A DNA stretch of 64,000 nucleotides from Cenarchaeum sp. GTDB lineage: Archaea; Thermoproteota; Nitrososphaeria; Nitrososphaerales; Nitrosopumilaceae. Shown here piece by piece: positions 28,329-39,675 of the stretch; positions within the stretch are counted from its first letter, which is position 1, and each line of letters starts with the position of its first letter. A program made the position numbers and the translations under genes. A model generated the notes under the pieces. It made no database searches, was not told the origin of the DNA, and saw nothing but the letters and a program-made list of their open reading frames with translations. The stretch is from the NCBI GenBank assembly GCA_965212015.1, contig OZ243037.1, positions 64,001 to 128,000 on the forward strand, in the 5' to 3' direction.

Positions 28329-31300
28329 ATGCAAAAGAGCATGCTGGTAGCAGCCTTCCTATTGCCATTGTTGGTTCTGATCCCCGTCTCGGCCTATGCG
28401 CAGGCCCAATCACCTCCTATTGGATTACTTTTTCCCACGGGCATGACCATATCCGACGACGGCACGGTGGTGTATATTGTAGATAATACCGGTATTGCCA
28501 GACTCGATCTCAGTAGCGCCTTTGATATAACCAGTGCCACCGTGAACCCGAGGGTGGGTATTCCCTCTGCCACGGCAGTTGATGTACAGGCCGCGGCGAT
28601 CTCTAATGCCGGCAACAGAATATTTCTTGGCACTAGTACCTTTACCGCGCCCGAGGTTGTCCAGGTGCCAGTTCGGTTAGATGGTTCGATTGCCACCCCG
28701 AGCAGTCCACCAAACTGCTGCGAATTCAGAACTAGCGGCATGACAATCTCTCGTGACGGCATGTGGCTAATAACCGGGGGTGATGGCAACGGTATCGCGT
28801 CATATGAGCTCGGAAACGCCTTTGACATAGCCAACGACGTTACTCAAAACAGCACGTCTGCCCAACCCGCGTCCTTCCACGGCGTGTCAATCTCCAATGA
28901 CGGCACGAGCCTGTTTACTATTTTTGGATCTACGGTCAACCAGTATGCACTGAGTACGCCCTATGTCGTGAGTAGTATCAACACAACGCCCGTTGATACT
29001 TTTGATATCGGGATAAGTGGTTTTACTGCACGCGACATTGACTTTTCATCTGACGGCAGGAACATGTATGTTTTGGATACCGGCAACGATCTCATCTACC
29101 AGTATACGTTCGCCGACCCCTTTACCCTGTTCATTGCACCGCCCACCCCTACAATCACCGCCAATGACGGGACGAACGACCTGGCAAACGGCGTCGCCAC
29201 GAGCTCTAATAGTTTAACATTTACCGTCCAATTCAGCGAGGATGTGACGGGATTTGCGGACACCGACATTGTCCTGTCGGGTACCGCAGACAGCGGCAAT
29301 CCACGGATAGTGGCGGGGTCCTTTACGGAGGTCAACGCAGCCCAGTACACGTTTGAAGTCATTCAGGGATTCAATGTCGGTACCGTAATCGTATCGATTG
29401 ACGCAGGCGCGGCACGCAGCGTATCGGGCGGTATCGACAGTTTGGCGGCCTTTCCATTTACCGCCATAATTGGGCCGGATAACACCCCGCCCACAGTTAC
29501 AATCTCTAGCACCCAGGTGACAGAAAGTAGCACCACGCGCTTGGTTACGGCCAATTTCACTGCGACATTCAGCGAGCCCATAATGGAAAGCACGTTTACC
29601 GCAGGTGACATTGATGCGAGTGGTGATTCCTCGTTACACACCGCAATGAATATCGAACGGGTGAATGACATCACGTATAACTTTCAGATAGTGCACTCTG
29701 CCGCGGATCAGAACATAAGCATATTCGTTCGTGGAAACTCGTTCGATGACGTGAATGGGAACGCCAACGAGGGGGCCTCTGAATCATTCCAGTACGACTT
29801 TGCAAACCCGCCGGATAACACCCCGCCCACAGTTACAATCTCTAGCACCCAGGTGACAGAAAGTACCGTCACGAACTTGGTTACGGCCAATTTCACTGCG
29901 ACATTCAGCGAGCCCATAATGGAAAGCACGTTTACCGCAGGTGACATTAGCGCGAGTGGTGATTCCTCGTCACACTCTGTGATGAATATCGAACGGGAGA
30001 ATGACATCACGTATGACTTTCAGATAGTGCACTCTGCCGCGGATCAGAACATAAGCATATTCGTTCTTTCAGGCTCGTTCGAGGACGTGAATGGGAACGC
30101 CAACGCGGCGGCCTCTGAATCATTCCAGTACGACTTTGCAAACGCGCCGGTTACCCCGCCCGCCGGTACCATGCCGCCCGTAATCATACTGCCGATAATA
30201 CAGTCACAGTACGTGATAAACGAGGAGCTCAGCCTGCAGTTCGGGCAGGTATCGGGCAGGCCGGCGGCCGAATTTACGTTCCCCGGCCGCCCGCAACTTG
30301 CAGCAATAACGAACACCGGCGCATTCAGCTGGACGCCAAACGCCGCAGGCACGTTCTCCTTTAACGTCACCGCCACAAATACCGGCGGCTCTGACACCGA
30401 GCCAATAATACTCCGCGTGGTGAATTCCATAACGCCCTTTGTCGCAGGCGAGCTCGTACCTGATGACATCTTTGATAGGCCGTTTGGTGACGCGCCTGCC
30501 GGCATACAATTCTCAAACGACGGGCTGCACATGTTCGTCCTGGAAAGTTCCGAAAACGACATTACCCGGTACACGACAATCACGCCGTTTGACTTTGCAA
30601 ACACGACATCTGACATCAACAGCGACATCACACGTGACTTTGAGTCTTCGGTACCGATGAGTGTTTTAGCAACGGATCTAGAGTTCTCAAACGACGGGCG
30701 CACCATGATTCTAATGGATTTATTTTCCGGCTTATTCTATGAATATGCCCTGGATGCGCCATATGTCCTGGATCCGCGCACGCAGGTAAACACGCACACG
30801 CCGGCCAATCTGGTGGGCGCCCCCAACGGATTCACCATTTCATCTGATGGCACAAAGCTGTTTATAGTGGAGGGTACGACCCCTGTCAGCAGCCGGGTCC
30901 ACGAGCACACGCTGGCAATCCCCTTTTCAGTCTCCGATGTGACATACGACAGATCCCTTAATTTGGGCAGTAATCCGGCCACGCCGCAGGACGTGGCATT
31001 TTACAACAGTACGGCCATGCTTATCGTAGGACCTGACGGTGCGTTGCACGAGTATGCCGTGGACTCCTCCTCCATATCGTACAGCGGCATCTCCCAAACG
31101 ATTCCCACCGTGGGTCCCAGCAGCATGGCAGTTGCTGATAACGGCCTGCACCTGTTTGTACTAGACGACACAATGGATGACATCTTTAGGTATTCCGTCG
31201 TCTCTGGCTCGTTTACGACGGAAATCGACAGCAATCCGCCGGGGGCGACTGCTGCTGACGGCATTGCATCGTTTAACGTCGAATTTGGCCGTTCGGTGAC

Positions 31301-34300
31301 CGGATTTGATCTGAGTGACATTACAATATCTAGCGTTGCACCTGACGGCACCGCCCTGTCTGCCGGCACCCACGTGCCGTCAAACCTTACCGGCTCCGGT
31401 GCCGAGTACGCCTTTGACGTGCTGCGCGGGGCAGACGATGCCACCATAACGGTGTCAATACCGGCAAACGCGGTGGGAGGCAACGAGGCATCGAATGCCT
31501 ATTCAATTGATCTGTCGCTGAATGTCATGATCGACTATACCTCGAGCTCCTCCATAACAAGATCGTTCAGCATGTCCGCAGACATTGATTTCTCAGGCAA
31601 CGGCGATGCGATATTTATAACAAATGACAACGGCAACCAGATACACCGGTATGCGCTTTCTACAAACTTTAACTCATCCACGGCGGCGACTACCATAGGT
31701 CCGGTATATACGATAACCCAGGACACCTCACCCCGTGCACTAGAGTTCTCGACTAACGGCCTAAAGATGTTCGTGCTGGGCCAAGTGGCTCGCGAGATAC
31801 TAGAGTACGATCTGTCCGGCGCCTTTGACATTACAAATCCCACCTATCTGGACGACAACCTGGACATCTCGGTTGCCGTTACCGGCGCGCAGGGAATAGA
31901 ATTCTCGCGCGACGGCACCCACCTGTATGTGATAGACAGCGGCGGCGGCGGCGGCCACATATATGACTTTCCGCTCGACGTCGCCTTTGACGTATCATCC
32001 GGTGATGCAAACGACTTTGTCACGTCCGCTATACTTCAAGAATTCCAGAGGTCGCTTGCAATCAACGATGACGGCACGGTAATGTACGTCCTTGCTGCCA
32101 GAGACCTCTATGCGTATACGTTCGGTGTGGCATATGACGTGAGTACCCTGTCCCTAGAGGCCACGCAGCCGCTGGGGACGGCCAATTCGGCACAGGGCCT
32201 TGCGTTCTCGACTGACCTTACAACAATGTCTTTTGTAAGAAACGACCCCAGCAACACCGTACACGAATTCACGCTAAACGCGATACCCGTCCTTGGAATT
32301 CCCACCTTTAGCTTCTTTGAGGAGGGCAACGACGTCTCTGGCCTCGCCATTCCCGCATCCGATCCCGACGGTGACACACTGGAATACCGCCTCTCGAACC
32401 ATCCGGGCTGGCTGAGCATAGATTCCGCCACGGGAGATCTCTCCGGTGTGGTTCCACAGGACAACTCGCCTGATTTCAGAAACACGGACACGCCGGCAAG
32501 GTGCTTCGATACCGGCTCTGTATCGTTTACAGTTACGGTATCTGATGACGGCTTTGATGGCAATGATGCCGATGATGTCTCGCGCGACTATACCGTTACT
32601 ATAAACAACCAACAGAGGCTCGCCAACACGGTACCTGTAGTCGCAGGCGGCACGGGCGTTCCACTTGCCACAACCGCAGAACAGCTGGATCTCTCCCTGT
32701 ATACTGTTGATGCCGATACCGAGGACACCCTGACGTATTTCCTTGTGAGTGCGACAGGCGACCCCGTTGTTCCTGACTCTGCCACGCTTGATGTCGATAC
32801 CGGCCTGCTTGCCTTTACGCCGACCGGTGATGCCGGTCCGGCCACCATCATGTATAGGGCATGTGACGGCTCAAACGAAGTCCCTTTGACGGTAACGACT
32901 AACACTGCCGCTGTGATCATGGGCATCTCTGACCAGACGATAAACGAGGGACAGACGCTGGATTCCCTGAATTTGAATATTATTTCCGATACCGCCTCCC
33001 CGCTCTTTAACGTCACACAAATATCAATAGAAGGCGATATCGTGCCTATATTTGCAAAGAACAGTTCCATATCAATATCGCAAGAGCCGCTTCCTGGACT
33101 ATTGCCGGGAGATCCGGATCTTAACGGTACGTCATCGGGCGGCGGATCACTAAGCCCTGATGATCTCCAAAGGGCGTTTCTGATATCGAGTATTGAAGAA
33201 CTAGGGAATAATGACCCGCGGCTGGATGAACGGATAGAGGAGGAATTACGGCAACTAGATGAGGGGGTGCCGTTTGATGAGGTGATAGACCCCCGTATAA
33301 TAATACACACGATACCTGACGATTTCGTGGACGCGGGCCTTGCACAGTCGCCGCCCGCCACGATATCCTATACGTATGTCCTGGAGAATGGAAACGTGTT
33401 TAGCGGAGTCTTTGATTTAGTTGTAAACAGGATAGATGATGCCCCCACATCCATGCTGCCGGCATCCTATGTAGTTGATCCCCTGGATGCGAACACGCTG
33501 GTATTCTTGGACACTCTTTTTGAGGATTCGGAGGGCGATGACATCGTGTATAATGTGACCAACCCGGATCCCGGAATCGTAGATTTGAGCATTTTGTCAT
33601 CATCAAACGTATTGATCATTGATCCGGTATCGCCAGGCATAGTGGCAGCTAGGCTGTGCGCCGAAAGCATAGCACCGGGCATAACAAACGCTGTCACCTG
33701 TGAGACTATTCCGGTTATAGTGCGGGGCATAGAGACGACCGAGTCCGGCATATTCCAGGACTCTTCAGTTAATGTACGCCATGGCCTTTTGGATGCGGAT
33801 GTCGTCCTGAACTGGGACGATTTTGCCATAGACCCGACGGTGGCGTTTAACCACATTATAATAACTGCCGACAATGCGGATGCAACGGGGGAGATTCGAA
33901 TCAACCAGACCGATCGCGCCACCCTTGTTCCCGTGTTGACCTCGGACGGAACCACAGTCCACACTAGAATATTCCCATCCAACGGCTCTGGGTCCATATC
34001 GTATGATCCGACATCCGACTTTACATCCACCTCGGATTCTGTAACATTCACTGCCGTCCTGCACGGTCCGTCAATAATCCCGTCCACGGGGGTCGTTATA
34101 GGAGATGTCATTCCGCTGGTCCATGACAGCCTGACGGTCAATTACATAATTGTCACCGTTAACACTGACGCGGCACCCGGGCCACTGCAAGGGGACCTGG
34201 CTTTTGGACCGCGCCACACCTCTGACCGGTTTGCCATCCCACTGGATGACCTGTTTGTGGATAATGACAACAGCAGGCCCCGCCTTGATGTTGCCATAAT

Positions 34301-35723
34301 GACCCAGAGCAACCAGGCGTTAACCGCCAATATAGTGGGCGATCTTCTCATCATAACGCCCCCCGGTCCCAATTGTAACTGCCAGACCCTGTTTACCTTT
34401 GCCCTGGATGACGGGGTAAATCCGCCCCAACCCGAACAATTGTTATTCCGATTCGAGTCGGATCCTGCCGGAACCGTACCGGTGGGATTTCCACAATCCC
34501 CGGTAGGCAGGTTCTTTTTGCCACCCGGATTTGAGCCGTTCTTCATAAATCTTGCAGATCAGGTCGTCAGGGGGGATGCCGCCTTTGCGGAGAATGTTGT
34601 GATCAGTAACGTTCAGCTGCCAGATGACGGTAATGGCGTCCGAGATAACTCTCACATCACTGCAACCATGCACAATGCCACCCATTACCAAATAGCCCCC
34701 GGCACGAATGACCTTGTCGGATTTGAAATAATAACGTTTGATGTAGGGTTTGTAGAAGACCCTGTTAATGCGAATGTGTTTACGTCATACAGGTTCGAAT
34801 TTGCCGATGCGCCTGAGACTGCCCAGCAGCAGGTCTCTTCGGGAGGCGGCGATGACGACACGCAGTGGAAGACAAAGCCGACGTTTGGCAAGTCGTACAC
34901 GACTGGCCAAAAAATAGTGGACTGCGGCTATTCCATGGACAATGTCTGCCGCGACGTAACTGACTATCACGTCGATTACAAACGCAATACCATAGAGACT
35001 GACTCGCTTCACGACTTTACGCTAACGGCGTACGCACAAAACGGCCTGCGCTCGTTTAACATCGGCTTTGGCCTGCCCGGAATAGGCTCGCCCCTGAATG
35101 CTGCAGAGGCGCAGATTAACGTAAACCTGATACGTGACTATTCCCTGGACTCCACGTACATGATAGACTCTGTGGAATATTCAAACGAGAATCGCGTGAT
35201 AGGCGAGGACGCCACCTTTGAGATATCGCGCGTACAGTGCCTGCCCGCAGACAATAACGAGCTGTGCGTGCGGCTGAGCATAGATGGCGTACTGTTCCGC
35301 GAGACGCTGTACGACGAGCCGTTTGCAATAAACGCGCTGGACTCAAAGAGGCGCGGCACCACACACTATATGAACGAGGGACTGCTGGTGTATGGCGACT
35401 CGCTAAACGCGCCCCCCACGCACGAGCTCAGCGAGAGGCACTCAAACCAGGGCGACGCAGTAAAGCTGCACCTGACTCGGACCGACAAGCTTGCAGACGT
35501 GTGGACCGACCAGCTGGGACACCAGTGGACAAAGAACGCGTTTGGCACGTGGTCGTACGTGGATGCGCCGCCAGTCGACATGTCGAGTGCGTGTACCGAC
35601 GAGGACAATCGTGCGTGTGATGCCTTTGCCCAAAAGCGCGACGCGCACATTATTCAGTTGGAGGAGCTGCGTGATTCCGTGTATGGCGGGGCGTACGTCA
35701 CTTCACATGACGGACAGCAGTGA
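28329..35723 (+). CDS. 2464-aa secreted/surface adhesin-like protein (repeated beta-propellers, Ig-like and cadherin-like domains)
   Basis: Signal peptide ending AYA; blades of type I.FS.DG..MYVL...Y.L...FD; Ig-like F...FSE.V.GF...DI; DPDGDTLEY and VTVSDDG cadherin-like motifs. Confidence 0.88.
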   Translation: MQKSMLVAAFLLPLLVLIPVSAYAQAQSPPIGLLFPTGMTISDDGTVVYIVDNTGIARLDLSSAFDITSATVNPRVGIPSATAVDVQAAAISNAGNRIFLGTSTFTAPEVVQVPVRLDGSIATPSSPPNCCEFRTSGMTISRDGMWLITGGDGNGIASYELGNAFDIANDVTQNSTSAQPASFHGVSISNDGTSLFTIFGSTVNQYALSTPYVVSSINTTPVDTFDIGISGFTARDIDFSSDGRNMYVLDTGNDLIYQYTFADPFTLFIAPPTPTITANDGTNDLANGVATSSNSLTFTVQFSEDVTGFADTDIVLSGTADSGNPRIVAGSFTEVNAAQYTFEVIQGFNVGTVIVSIDAGAARSVSGGIDSLAAFPFTAIIGPDNTPPTVTISSTQVTESSTTRLVTANFTATFSEPIMESTFTAGDIDASGDSSLHTAMNIERVNDITYNFQIVHSAADQNISIFVRGNSFDDVNGNANEGASESFQYDFANPPDNTPPTVTISSTQVTESTVTNLVTANFTATFSEPIMESTFTAGDISASGDSSSHSVMNIERENDITYDFQIVHSAADQNISIFVLSGSFEDVNGNANAAASESFQYDFANAPVTPPAGTMPPVIILPIIQSQYVINEELSLQFGQVSGRPAAEFTFPGRPQLAAITNTGAFSWTPNAAGTFSFNVTATNTGGSDTEPIILRVVNSITPFVAGELVPDDIFDRPFGDAPAGIQFSNDGLHMFVLESSENDITRYTTITPFDFANTTSDINSDITRDFESSVPMSVLATDLEFSNDGRTMILMDLFSGLFYEYALDAPYVLDPRTQVNTHTPANLVGAPNGFTISSDGTKLFIVEGTTPVSSRVHEHTLAIPFSVSDVTYDRSLNLGSNPATPQDVAFYNSTAMLIVGPDGALHEYAVDSSSISYSGISQTIPTVGPSSMAVADNGLHLFVLDDTMDDIFRYSVVSGSFTTEIDSNPPGATAADGIASFNVEFGRSVTGFDLSDITISSVAPDGTALSAGTHVPSNLTGSGAEYAFDVLRGADDATITVSIPANAVGGNEASNAYSIDLSLNVMIDYTSSSSITRSFSMSADIDFSGNGDAIFITNDNGNQIHRYALSTNFNSSTAATTIGPVYTITQDTSPRALEFSTNGLKMFVLGQVAREILEYDLSGAFDITNPTYLDDNLDISVAVTGAQGIEFSRDGTHLYVIDSGGGGGHIYDFPLDVAFDVSSGDANDFVTSAILQEFQRSLAINDDGTVMYVLAARDLYAYTFGVAYDVSTLSLEATQPLGTANSAQGLAFSTDLTTMSFVRNDPSNTVHEFTLNAIPVLGIPTFSFFEEGNDVSGLAIPASDPDGDTLEYRLSNHPGWLSIDSATGDLSGVVPQDNSPDFRNTDTPARCFDTGSVSFTVTVSDDGFDGNDADDVSRDYTVTINNQQRLANTVPVVAGGTGVPLATTAEQLDLSLYTVDADTEDTLTYFLVSATGDPVVPDSATLDVDTGLLAFTPTGDAGPATIMYRACDGSNEVPLTVTTNTAAVIMGISDQTINEGQTLDSLNLNIISDTASPLFNVTQISIEGDIVPIFAKNSSISISQEPLPGLLPGDPDLNGTSSGGGSLSPDDLQRAFLISSIEELGNNDPRLDERIEEELRQLDEGVPFDEVIDPRIIIHTIPDDFVDAGLAQSPPATISYTYVLENGNVFSGVFDLVVNRIDDAPTSMLPASYVVDPLDANTLVFLDTLFEDSEGDDIVYNVTNPDPGIVDLSILSSSNVLIIDPVSPGIVAARLCAESIAPGITNAVTCETIPVIVRGIETTESGIFQDSSVNVRHGLLDADVVLNWDDFAIDPTVAFNHIIITADNADATGEIRINQTDRATLVPVLTSDGTTVHTRIFPSNGSGSISYDPTSDFTSTSDSVTFTAVLHGPSIIPSTGVVIGDVIPLVHDSLTVNYIIVTVNTDAAPGPLQGDLAFGPRHTSDRFAIPLDDLFVDNDNSRPRLDVAIMTQSNQALTANIVGDLLIITPPGPNCNCQTLFTFALDDGVNPPQPEQLLFRFESDPAGTVPVGFPQSPVGRFFLPPGFEPFFINLADQVVRGDAAFAENVVISNVQLPDDGNGVRDNSHITATMHNATHYQIAPGTNDLVGFEIITFDVGFVEDPVNANVFTSYRFEFADAPETAQQQVSSGGGDDDTQWKTKPTFGKSYTTGQKIVDCGYSMDNVCRDVTDYHVDYKRNTIETDSLHDFTLTAYAQNGLRSFNIGFGLPGIGSPLNAAEAQINVNLIRDYSLDSTYMIDSVEYSNENRVIGEDATFEISRVQCLPADNNELCVRLSIDGVLFRETLYDEPFAINALDSKRRGTTHYMNEGLLVYGDSLNAPPTHELSERHSNQGDAVKLHLTRTDKLADVWTDQLGHQWTKNAFGTWSYVDAPPVDMSSACTDEDNRACDAFAQKRDAHIIQLEELRDSVYGGAYVTSHDGQQ
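29475..30146. repeat. 336-bp (112-aa) intragenic tandem duplication of an Ig-like domain
   Basis: Units begin ccggataacaccccgcccacagttac at 29475 and 29811; near-identical. Confidence 0.93.
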
Positions 35724-35974
35724 CTGGCACGAACACAAGGGTTTTTGCAGGCGCGTCCCGGACTCGTACCATACTGTGGCAGGCTGCATATTCCCCGAAT
35801 GCGGATTTCTGGGCGGCATACCTGCGTTTGAGAAAAGAGGCCACTATAGCGATCAGAAAAAGTAACCCGAAATGGATGGAGGGGGATTCCCATGACTGAG
35901 TATACTATTCATATAGTACGCCAGTCGACATACTGCCTCAAACCATTTATAGCATTCACGACCATCTGTTTTAG

Positions 35975-36112
35975 ATGAGCTCAGACATTGAAGAGTTTGC
36001 AGTATGCGTGGAGTGCGGAAACTCCATTGAAAAATGCCAGTGCGTGTGCCCCTTTTGCGGGGAGCGCGACGAATGCGAGTGCGCGCTGGGCGATGCGGCC
36101 ACGGGCGGCTAG
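35975..36112 (+). CDS. 45-aa Cys-rich zinc-finger/metallothionein-like microprotein ending Gly-Gly
   Basis: MSSDIEEFAVCVECGNSIEKCQCVCPFCGERDECECALGDAATGG*; TTTATAG 23 nt before ATG; below the ORF-track cutoff. Confidence 0.8.
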   Translation: MSSDIEEFAVCVECGNSIEKCQCVCPFCGERDECECALGDAATGG

Positions 36113-36211
36113 GCGGGCCGGTGCGCAGAAGATAAAGCGCATGCACGGGCCTCTGACGCCCTCTTGCCGTTAACCGAATTATTAATATTCAATCAGGCGA
36201 TTTTGCAGTGT

Positions 36212-38119
36212 ATGAATACCGATGTTTCATGGCTGATCGGGGGGCCGCAGGGCAGCGGCGTCGAGTCTGCGGCCAACATTTTTTCCCTAGTGTGCGCAAA
36301 GATGGGATACCAGATATTTGGAAAACGGGAATTTTACTCTAACATAAAGGGGGAGCACAGCTATTTCGTGGTCCGCGTGGCAGACAAGAAAATACGCTCA
36401 AACGTCAACGACGTGACGCTGATGACCTCTTATGACGCAGAGACGATATTCAGGCACGCAGCAGAGGTGATGGAGGGCGGCGCCATCCTGTACGACTCTG
36501 GCCTTGATGCGACATCCACCGACGACGTACGCACGCTTGACGCACCGTACAAAAAACGGCTCGACTCGTACCTGGCCTCGCAGGACAAGCCTTGCAGCAT
36601 TGCCGGAATACTGGAGCTTGCAAAACAAAACGGCGCGCACCTCTATCCCGTGTCGTTTGACTCCATCTTGGGGACACTGGCAGAACAGGCGGGCAATCCA
36701 AAGCTAAAAAACATGAAAAGGATGTTCAACGTGATCGGAGTCTCCCTTTCTTTGGGGATGCTAAGCATGCCAGTAGAGCCGCTGCTAGAATCAATCGAGT
36801 CAATATTTGAGAAAAAGCCAAAAGTTGCAAACATCAACAAGCATGCGGCAAACATTGCGTATGGTGAGGGGGCATCGTTTGGGGATTTCAAGTGCGCCCT
36901 GACGCGCATAAAAAAAGCCCCGCACACGATGCTGGTGCAGGGATATCAGGGAACCGCGATAGGAAAGATGGCGTGCGGATGCAGGTTCCAGCCGTACTAT
37001 CCGATAACGCCGGCGTCTGACGAAAGCGTCTATCTGGAATCCAACGAAATACTAGGCGTCTCAGGCGACCGGCCGGGATCCACGCTGGTAGTGCAGACCG
37101 AAGACGAGATATGCGCGATAGGCATGACTATTGGCGGCGCGATAACTGGCACACGTTCTGCCACCTGCACGTCGGGCCCCGGATTCTCCCTCATGGCCGA
37201 AATGCTCGGATGGTCTGGCATAAACGAGGTCCCGATAGTAGTCACCATGTACCAGCGAAGCGGCCCGTCGACGGGGCTTCCCACGCGGCACGGCCAGGAC
37301 GATCTCTTGTTTGCCATCAATGCGGGACACGGGGAATTCCCGAAAATCGTCTATGCGTCTGGCGACGTCGAGGAGAGCTTTTATGACACGGCCAGGTGCT
37401 TTAATTATTCCGAAGTCTACCAGCTGCCGGTAATACACATGATGGACAAGTTTCATGCAAGCTCGATAGTCACCTGTCCCAGGTTTGATCCGGCAAAGAT
37501 CACCATTGACCGGGGAAAGCTGCTGGAGAAAATCCAGACGCAGGACTATAAGCGCTTTGAGCTGACAGGCGACGGCATATCGCCGCGCTCAAAGCTCGGA
37601 CTGAAAGGCGGGATATTCTGGAACACCGGCGATGAGAGCGACGAGTACGGCCACATATCAGAAGATCCGACGGTCCGCGTGCAAATGATGGACAAGCGTC
37701 TTGGCAAGCTCTCCAAAATACTGCAAGAGGTGCCAGATGTGGATCAGGCAGTCTCCTTTGGCGTATGCGAGCACACCATAGTGAGCTGGGGCTCAAACAA
37801 GGGCCCGATTCTTGACGCAATCGACATGCTAAGGCAGGAGGGCGCAAGCGTGGGCTTTGTGCAGGTAAAGCTCTTGCACCCGTTTCCCGCCGGATACCTA
37901 GAGTTTCTCCTAAAGGACGCAAGGGTGATAATCGACATTGAGGCAAACCAGACCGGCCAGCTGGGAGGCCTCATCCGGCAGCACCTCGGGAGGGAGCCGG
38001 ACTATTATATAGTAAAGTATACGGGCCGCGCGATGACTAGCACCGAGGTCTATGACTCGCTCAAAAAAATCATCGCCGGAACCGCAGAGCAGAGGGAGGT
38101 ACTAGTACATGGTGCTTAG
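36212..38119 (+). CDS. korA: 2-oxoacid:ferredoxin oxidoreductase subunit alpha (gamma-alpha fusion)
   Basis: [41 protein letters not shown]. Confidence 0.94.
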   Translation: MNTDVSWLIGGPQGSGVESAANIFSLVCAKMGYQIFGKREFYSNIKGEHSYFVVRVADKKIRSNVNDVTLMTSYDAETIFRHAAEVMEGGAILYDSGLDATSTDDVRTLDAPYKKRLDSYLASQDKPCSIAGILELAKQNGAHLYPVSFDSILGTLAEQAGNPKLKNMKRMFNVIGVSLSLGMLSMPVEPLLESIESIFEKKPKVANINKHAANIAYGEGASFGDFKCALTRIKKAPHTMLVQGYQGTAIGKMACGCRFQPYYPITPASDESVYLESNEILGVSGDRPGSTLVVQTEDEICAIGMTIGGAITGTRSATCTSGPGFSLMAEMLGWSGINEVPIVVTMYQRSGPSTGLPTRHGQDDLLFAINAGHGEFPKIVYASGDVEESFYDTARCFNYSEVYQLPVIHMMDKFHASSIVTCPRFDPAKITIDRGKLLEKIQTQDYKRFELTGDGISPRSKLGLKGGIFWNTGDESDEYGHISEDPTVRVQMMDKRLGKLSKILQEVPDVDQAVSFGVCEHTIVSWGSNKGPILDAIDMLRQEGASVGFVQVKLLHPFPAGYLEFLLKDARVIIDIEANQTGQLGGLIRQHLGREPDYYIVKYTGRAMTSTEVYDSLKKIIAGTAEQREVLVHGA

Positions 38120-39071
38120 GATGGCCGACTACAAGACCGGGGTGCACAACGACTGGTGTCCCGGATGCGGCGATTTTGGAATCGTAAACGCGATTCAGAT
38201 GGCCCTGGCGGAGCTAGAGATTCCCAGGCACAAGGCAGCATTGTTCTCGGGAATAGGATGCTCGGGCAAGACCTCGCACTATGTAAACGTGTACGGCATT
38301 CACACGCTTCACGGGCGCGTCCTGCCGTTTGCCCAGGGCGCAAAGCTTGCAAATCCGGACATGACTATAGTTGCGGCAGGCGGCGACGGAGACGGGCTTG
38401 GAATCGGCGCCGGCCACTTTGTGGCGGCGGGCCGCCGCAACATAGACATGACATACATCATCTTTGACAACGGCGTATACGGGCTGACAAAGGGGCAGGC
38501 CTCGCCGACGCTGAGGCTGGGCGAAAAGACAAAGTCGCTTCCGTCGCCGAACACGAACTATAACGTAAACCCGATAGGCCTTGCAGTCGCCAGCGGGTTT
38601 ACCTTTGTCGCGCGCGGATACTCGTATGATGTCAGGCACCTAAAGGATCTCATAAAGGCGGCAATATGCCACAAGGGACTTGCGTTTCTAGACGTGCTCC
38701 AGCCGTGTCCGACGTACAACGACATAAACACCAGGGACTGGTACGCCGGAAAGGATCTGGCAGAGGATGCGGCACGGCGGCACTCTAGGATTTACAAGCT
38801 AGACGACGTGCAGTATGATCCCGTGGTGCACTATAACGAAGAGTCCGAGTCAAACGAAAAGCTGAGCCAGGCCCTGATAAAGTCGCTTGAATGGGGGCGG
38901 GGGATTCCCACCGGCATATTTTACAAAAACGAGACAATCACCCCGTACGGCGGGCGCATCGGCGACAGGATTCCAAACTATTCGGAGAATCCGCCGTACA
39001 AGCAGAGAATTGCAAGGCACGGCAGGCCGATTACCGACGTCTCCGGACTGCTTGACTCACTCGAGATATGA
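38109..39071 (+). CDS. korB: 2-oxoacid:ferredoxin oxidoreductase subunit beta
   Basis: [41 protein letters not shown]. Confidence 0.95.
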   Translation: MVLRMADYKTGVHNDWCPGCGDFGIVNAIQMALAELEIPRHKAALFSGIGCSGKTSHYVNVYGIHTLHGRVLPFAQGAKLANPDMTIVAAGGDGDGLGIGAGHFVAAGRRNIDMTYIIFDNGVYGLTKGQASPTLRLGEKTKSLPSPNTNYNVNPIGLAVASGFTFVARGYSYDVRHLKDLIKAAICHKGLAFLDVLQPCPTYNDINTRDWYAGKDLAEDAARRHSRIYKLDDVQYDPVVHYNEESESNEKLSQALIKSLEWGRGIPTGIFYKNETITPYGGRIGDRIPNYSENPPYKQRIARHGRPITDVSGLLDSLEI

Positions 39072-39092
39072 TATTGTGTGCCGCAGGCGGGA

Positions 39093-39635
39093 TTACGCAG
39101 AATCTGCGGCACTCCATGCCCCGCCAGAAAACGTGAACCTCTTTTGGCCTGCGTGCGCCTCGCCGAACCCCCACCTCCGGGACTTTTCGTCATACCTGTA
39201 TGTCAGGCGCGTCGCACCGTGCGGAATGCCGTCCGGGTTGAGGTGGTACGGCAGCAGCTCCAGGACAAAGTCTATCTTTTCGACTGCATTGTCGTACAGG
39301 TGCCTGTCGACTGCGTCAATTACAAAGGATATCGACGGGCTTCCCGCAAAGACGAGCCGTATCTTTAGCGCGTTTTTGCTTCCGCGCCTTTTTTTCATCT
39401 CCTTGAAGAGCGACTTTATCTTCTCCCAGCGCCCGAATCCAAACCAGTCGAAAAAATCCCCGGAAAACGGCAGCGGGATAAAGATTGACATGACGCTGAT
39501 AAAGTCCGGATCCGGCTCTTGCATCTCTGTCTGTATGACGGTAAACCTAGAGTTGAGGTACCCGTATGCCACCTCCAGCTCCCACGGCGAGATTCCAGAC
39601 GACTCGATGCGCGCCTCTAGCGCCTGACCGATCAT
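39093..39635 (-). CDS. Hypothetical protein
   Basis: 180-aa ORF with core-like codon usage filling the gap; no family recognised. Confidence 0.7.
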   Translation of the reverse strand: MIGQALEARIESSGISPWELEVAYGYLNSRFTVIQTEMQEPDPDFISVMSIFIPLPFSGDFFDWFGFGRWEKIKSLFKEMKKRRGSKNALKIRLVFAGSPSISFVIDAVDRHLYDNAVEKIDFVLELLPYHLNPDGIPHGATRLTYRYDEKSRRWGFGEAHAGQKRFTFSGGAWSAADSA

Positions 39636-39675
39636 TGCCTTGTGACTGTGGGAATTGTAATTAAAGCTTGACTGC

